This document shows positions 61,467 through 64,000 of a stretch of DNA of 64,000 nucleotides, piece after piece. The position numbers and the translations under genes are program-made. Within the stretch, counting starts at the first letter, position 1; every line of letters begins with the position of its first letter. The stretch comes from Mobula birostris (lineage: Eukaryota), in contig NC_092382.1 of assembly GCF_030028105.1 (NCBI RefSeq), positions 99,402,699 to 99,466,698 on the forward strand, written 5' to 3'. A model generated the notes under the pieces. It was not told the DNA's origin and did not search any database. It saw only the letters and a program-made list of their open reading frames with translations.

Positions 61467-61899
61467 CTCACTGTCAGAAGGGTCGCCGCCGTCAACAAAA
61501 CATGGAAAGAGACTGATGTCAGTTACAGTGTGGGAGGAGGGTTCCATCAGTCAGTCAGTGCGCCGAGCGACCAATCAGTGAAAGAAGGGGAGGTGCTATT
61601 GCTTTTCAGGTTCTCCCCATAAGCATTGAGATGGGTGAAGATAATCCGCGCACTGCTCTTCTCGCCTCATTCTTCTTTGTCATGTGCAGTCTTCCAACAG
61701 ATCTTCTGTACGGGATGGATCGTAACTTCTGGGTGTGTCCGAACAGCGCTCATGATGTGCAGTCCCCAGGATCAATTCTCCCGCTCCGTATCTTGTTCAG
61801 TCACCTCGTCAAAGCACAAGGGACATTCGGGGCAAACTACTGCAGGAGATCAGCAGACAAATCTACATCGATGACAAAGAGTACAACCGACCTTTCCTG

Positions 61900-64000
61900 C
61901 CGAAAACCAAAGAACTTTACAGCACAGAAACAAGCCTTTTGGTCCTTCTTCGCTGTGCCGAATTATTTTTCTGCCTAGTCTCACTGACCTGCAGCTGGAA
62001 CATATCCCTCCATACAACTCTCATCCATGTACCTGTCCAAGTTCTTCTTAAATGTTAAAAGTGAGCCCGCATTTACCACTTCATCTGGCAGCTCATTCCA
62101 CACTCCCACCACTCTCTGTCTGAAGAAGCCCCCCTTAATGTTCAGTTTAAACTTTTCCCCCTTCACCCTTAACCCGTGTCCTCTGTTTTGTTCTTCCCCA
62201 GCCTCAATGGAAAAAGCCTGCTTGTATTCACTCTTTCTGCACCCATCATAATTTTATATACCTCTATCAAATCTCCCCTCACTCTTCTGTGCTCCAGGGA
62301 ATAAAGTCCTGACCTATTCAAACTTTCTCTGTAACTGAGTTTCTCAAGTCCCGGCCATATCCTTGTAAACCTTCTCTGCACTCTTTCAACCTTATTAATA
62401 TCCTTCCTGTAATTTTGTGACCAAAACTGAACACAATACTCCAGATTCGTCCTCACCAATGCCTGACACAACCTCATCATAGCATTCCAGCTCTTATACT
62501 CAATATTTTGATTAATAAAGGCCAATGTACCCAAAGCTCTGTTTACGACCCTATCTTCCTGTGACGCCACTTTTAGGGAATTTTGTATCTGTATTCCCAG
62601 ATCCCTCTGTTCTACTGCACTCCTCAGTGCCTTATCATTTACCTTGTATGTTTTACCTTGGTTTGTCCTCCCAAAGTGCCATACCTCACACTTGTCTGTA
62701 TTAAACTCAATCTGCCATTTTCAGCCCATTTTTCCAGCCGGTCCAAATCCATCTGCAAGCTTTGAAAACTTTCCTTACTGTCCACTACACCTCCAACCTT
62801 TGTATCATTAGCAAATTTGCTGATCCAATTTACCACATTATCATCCAGATCATTGATATAGATGACAGATAACAATGGACCCAGCACTGATCCCTGTGGC
62901 ACACCACTAGTCACAGGCCTCCACTCTGAGAAACATTCCTCTACTACCACTCTCTGGCTTCTTCCATTGAGCCAATGTCTAATCGAATTTACCACCTCTC
63001 CATGTATAACTAGCGACTGAATTTTCCTAACTAATCTCCCATGCGGGACCTTGTCAAAGGCCTTTCTGAAGTCCATGTCGACAACAGCCACTGACTTCCC
63101 TTCATCCACTTTGCTGGTAACCTCCTCGAAAAACTCCAATGGATTGGTCAAACATGACCTACAACGCACAAAGCCATGTTGACTCTCCCTAATAAGTCCC
63201 TGTCTATCCAAATGCTTGCAGGTCCTGTCTGTTAGCACTCCCTCCAATAACTTACCCACTACCGACGTCAAATTTACCGGCCTATAATTTCCCGGAGTAA
63301 TTTTCCATCTTTTTTAAACAACGGAACAAGATGAGCCATTATCCATCCGTCTGGCACCTCCCGCGTAGACACCGGCATTGAACTATATCTGCCAGGGCCC
63401 CTGCAATTTCAACAGTAGTCTCCTTTATCTTCCGAGGGAATACCCTGTCAGGTCCTGGGAATTAACCACTTTAATTTGCCTCAAGATAGAAAACACCTCT
63501 CCCTTTTCAATCTGTAGAATTTCCATAATCTCACTACTTGTTTCTCTTAATTCCGTAAACTTCACGCCAGTTTCCTTCGTAAATACACTTGCAAAAAAAA
63601 AAAAAAAAAAATTAAGATCTCCCCCATTTCTTTTGGTTCCGCACGTAGCCGGCCACACTGATCTTCAAGAGGACCAATCTTATCCCTTACAACCCCTTTA
63701 CTCTTAATCTACCTGTCAATGCTCTTTGGATTATCCTTCAGTTTGACTGCCAAGGCAAACTCATGTCTTCATTTAGCCCTCCTGATTACCTTCTTAAGCA
63801 TTTTATTGCACTTTTAATACTCCTCAAGCACCTTATTTACTCCCCGTTTCCTATACATGTCATTCAACTCTATCCTATTCTTTATCAGAGTTGCAGTATG
63901 CCTTGAGAACCAAGGTTCCTTATTCCTATTCATTTTGCCGTTAATGCTGACAGGAACATACAAGTTCTGCACTCTCAAAATTTCTCCTTTGAAGGCATCC
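61900..64000 (-). mobile_element. CR1-like LINE (reverse transcriptase, frameshifted), runs off the window end
   Basis: ORF 62639..63271 (-) has QHGF..DFRKAFDKVPH..GVPQGSVLGPLL..FANDTK, and ORF 62169..62570 (-) has LEYCVQFW. Typical 3' tail near 61900-61980. Confidence 0.9.

Noticed and set aside
1-64000. D, J or C segments, germline-joined VDJ, or inverted V genes
   Set aside because: I found no FGxG J motif with an upstream 12-RSS, no C-domain exon and no minus-strand V. Sequence after each CAWS or CACS is RSS, not CDR3. This was a visual search only.
1-64000. CRISPR array, rRNA, tRNA or prokaryotic system
   Set aside because: The repeats are paralogous V units and vertebrate transposons; there is no repeat-spacer structure or structural RNA gene signature.

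Overview
Vertebrate genomic DNA, most likely a cartilaginous fish (probably a ray, judged from its CR1-like LINE and Penelope-type repeats). The window is part of an antigen-receptor V-segment array, best read as T-cell receptor beta V (TRBV). I find about 29 V genes, pseudogenes or relics, all on the + strand. Each intact gene has a short leader exon, a phase-1 GT-AG intron, a V exon and a 23-bp-spacer recombination signal sequence (RSS). About 11-12 look functional. No D, J or C segment is visible. The V segments fall into five families that I label A (VTIHQTP...CAWSI), B/B' (YVEQSP...YYCACS), C (VEQSPPSLSVG...CACSS), D (all pseudogenes) and E (VTIQQIP...CAWSD). All resemble the mammalian TRBV30 type. 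Layout: a tandem family-A array (0-12.7 kb), three copies of a B'-B-C-D-E-A cassette (about 12.9-23.4, 23.5-37.1 and 37.2-52 kb; copy 1 is 5'-truncated and lacks B'), then a decayed family-A region (52-62 kb). The most striking non-coding pattern is about 21 CTCF-type motifs, all in + orientation. Ten sit 32-42 bp after the RSS nonamer in families B, C and D. There is also an intact 23-RSS at 61428 whose V is missing right at the heptamer edge. Interspersed are CR1-like LINE, DUF1891-type LINE, Tc1-like and Penelope fragments (one with a complete minimal hammerhead ribozyme), microsatellites and eight N gaps. All coordinates were read by eye; family names are mine.
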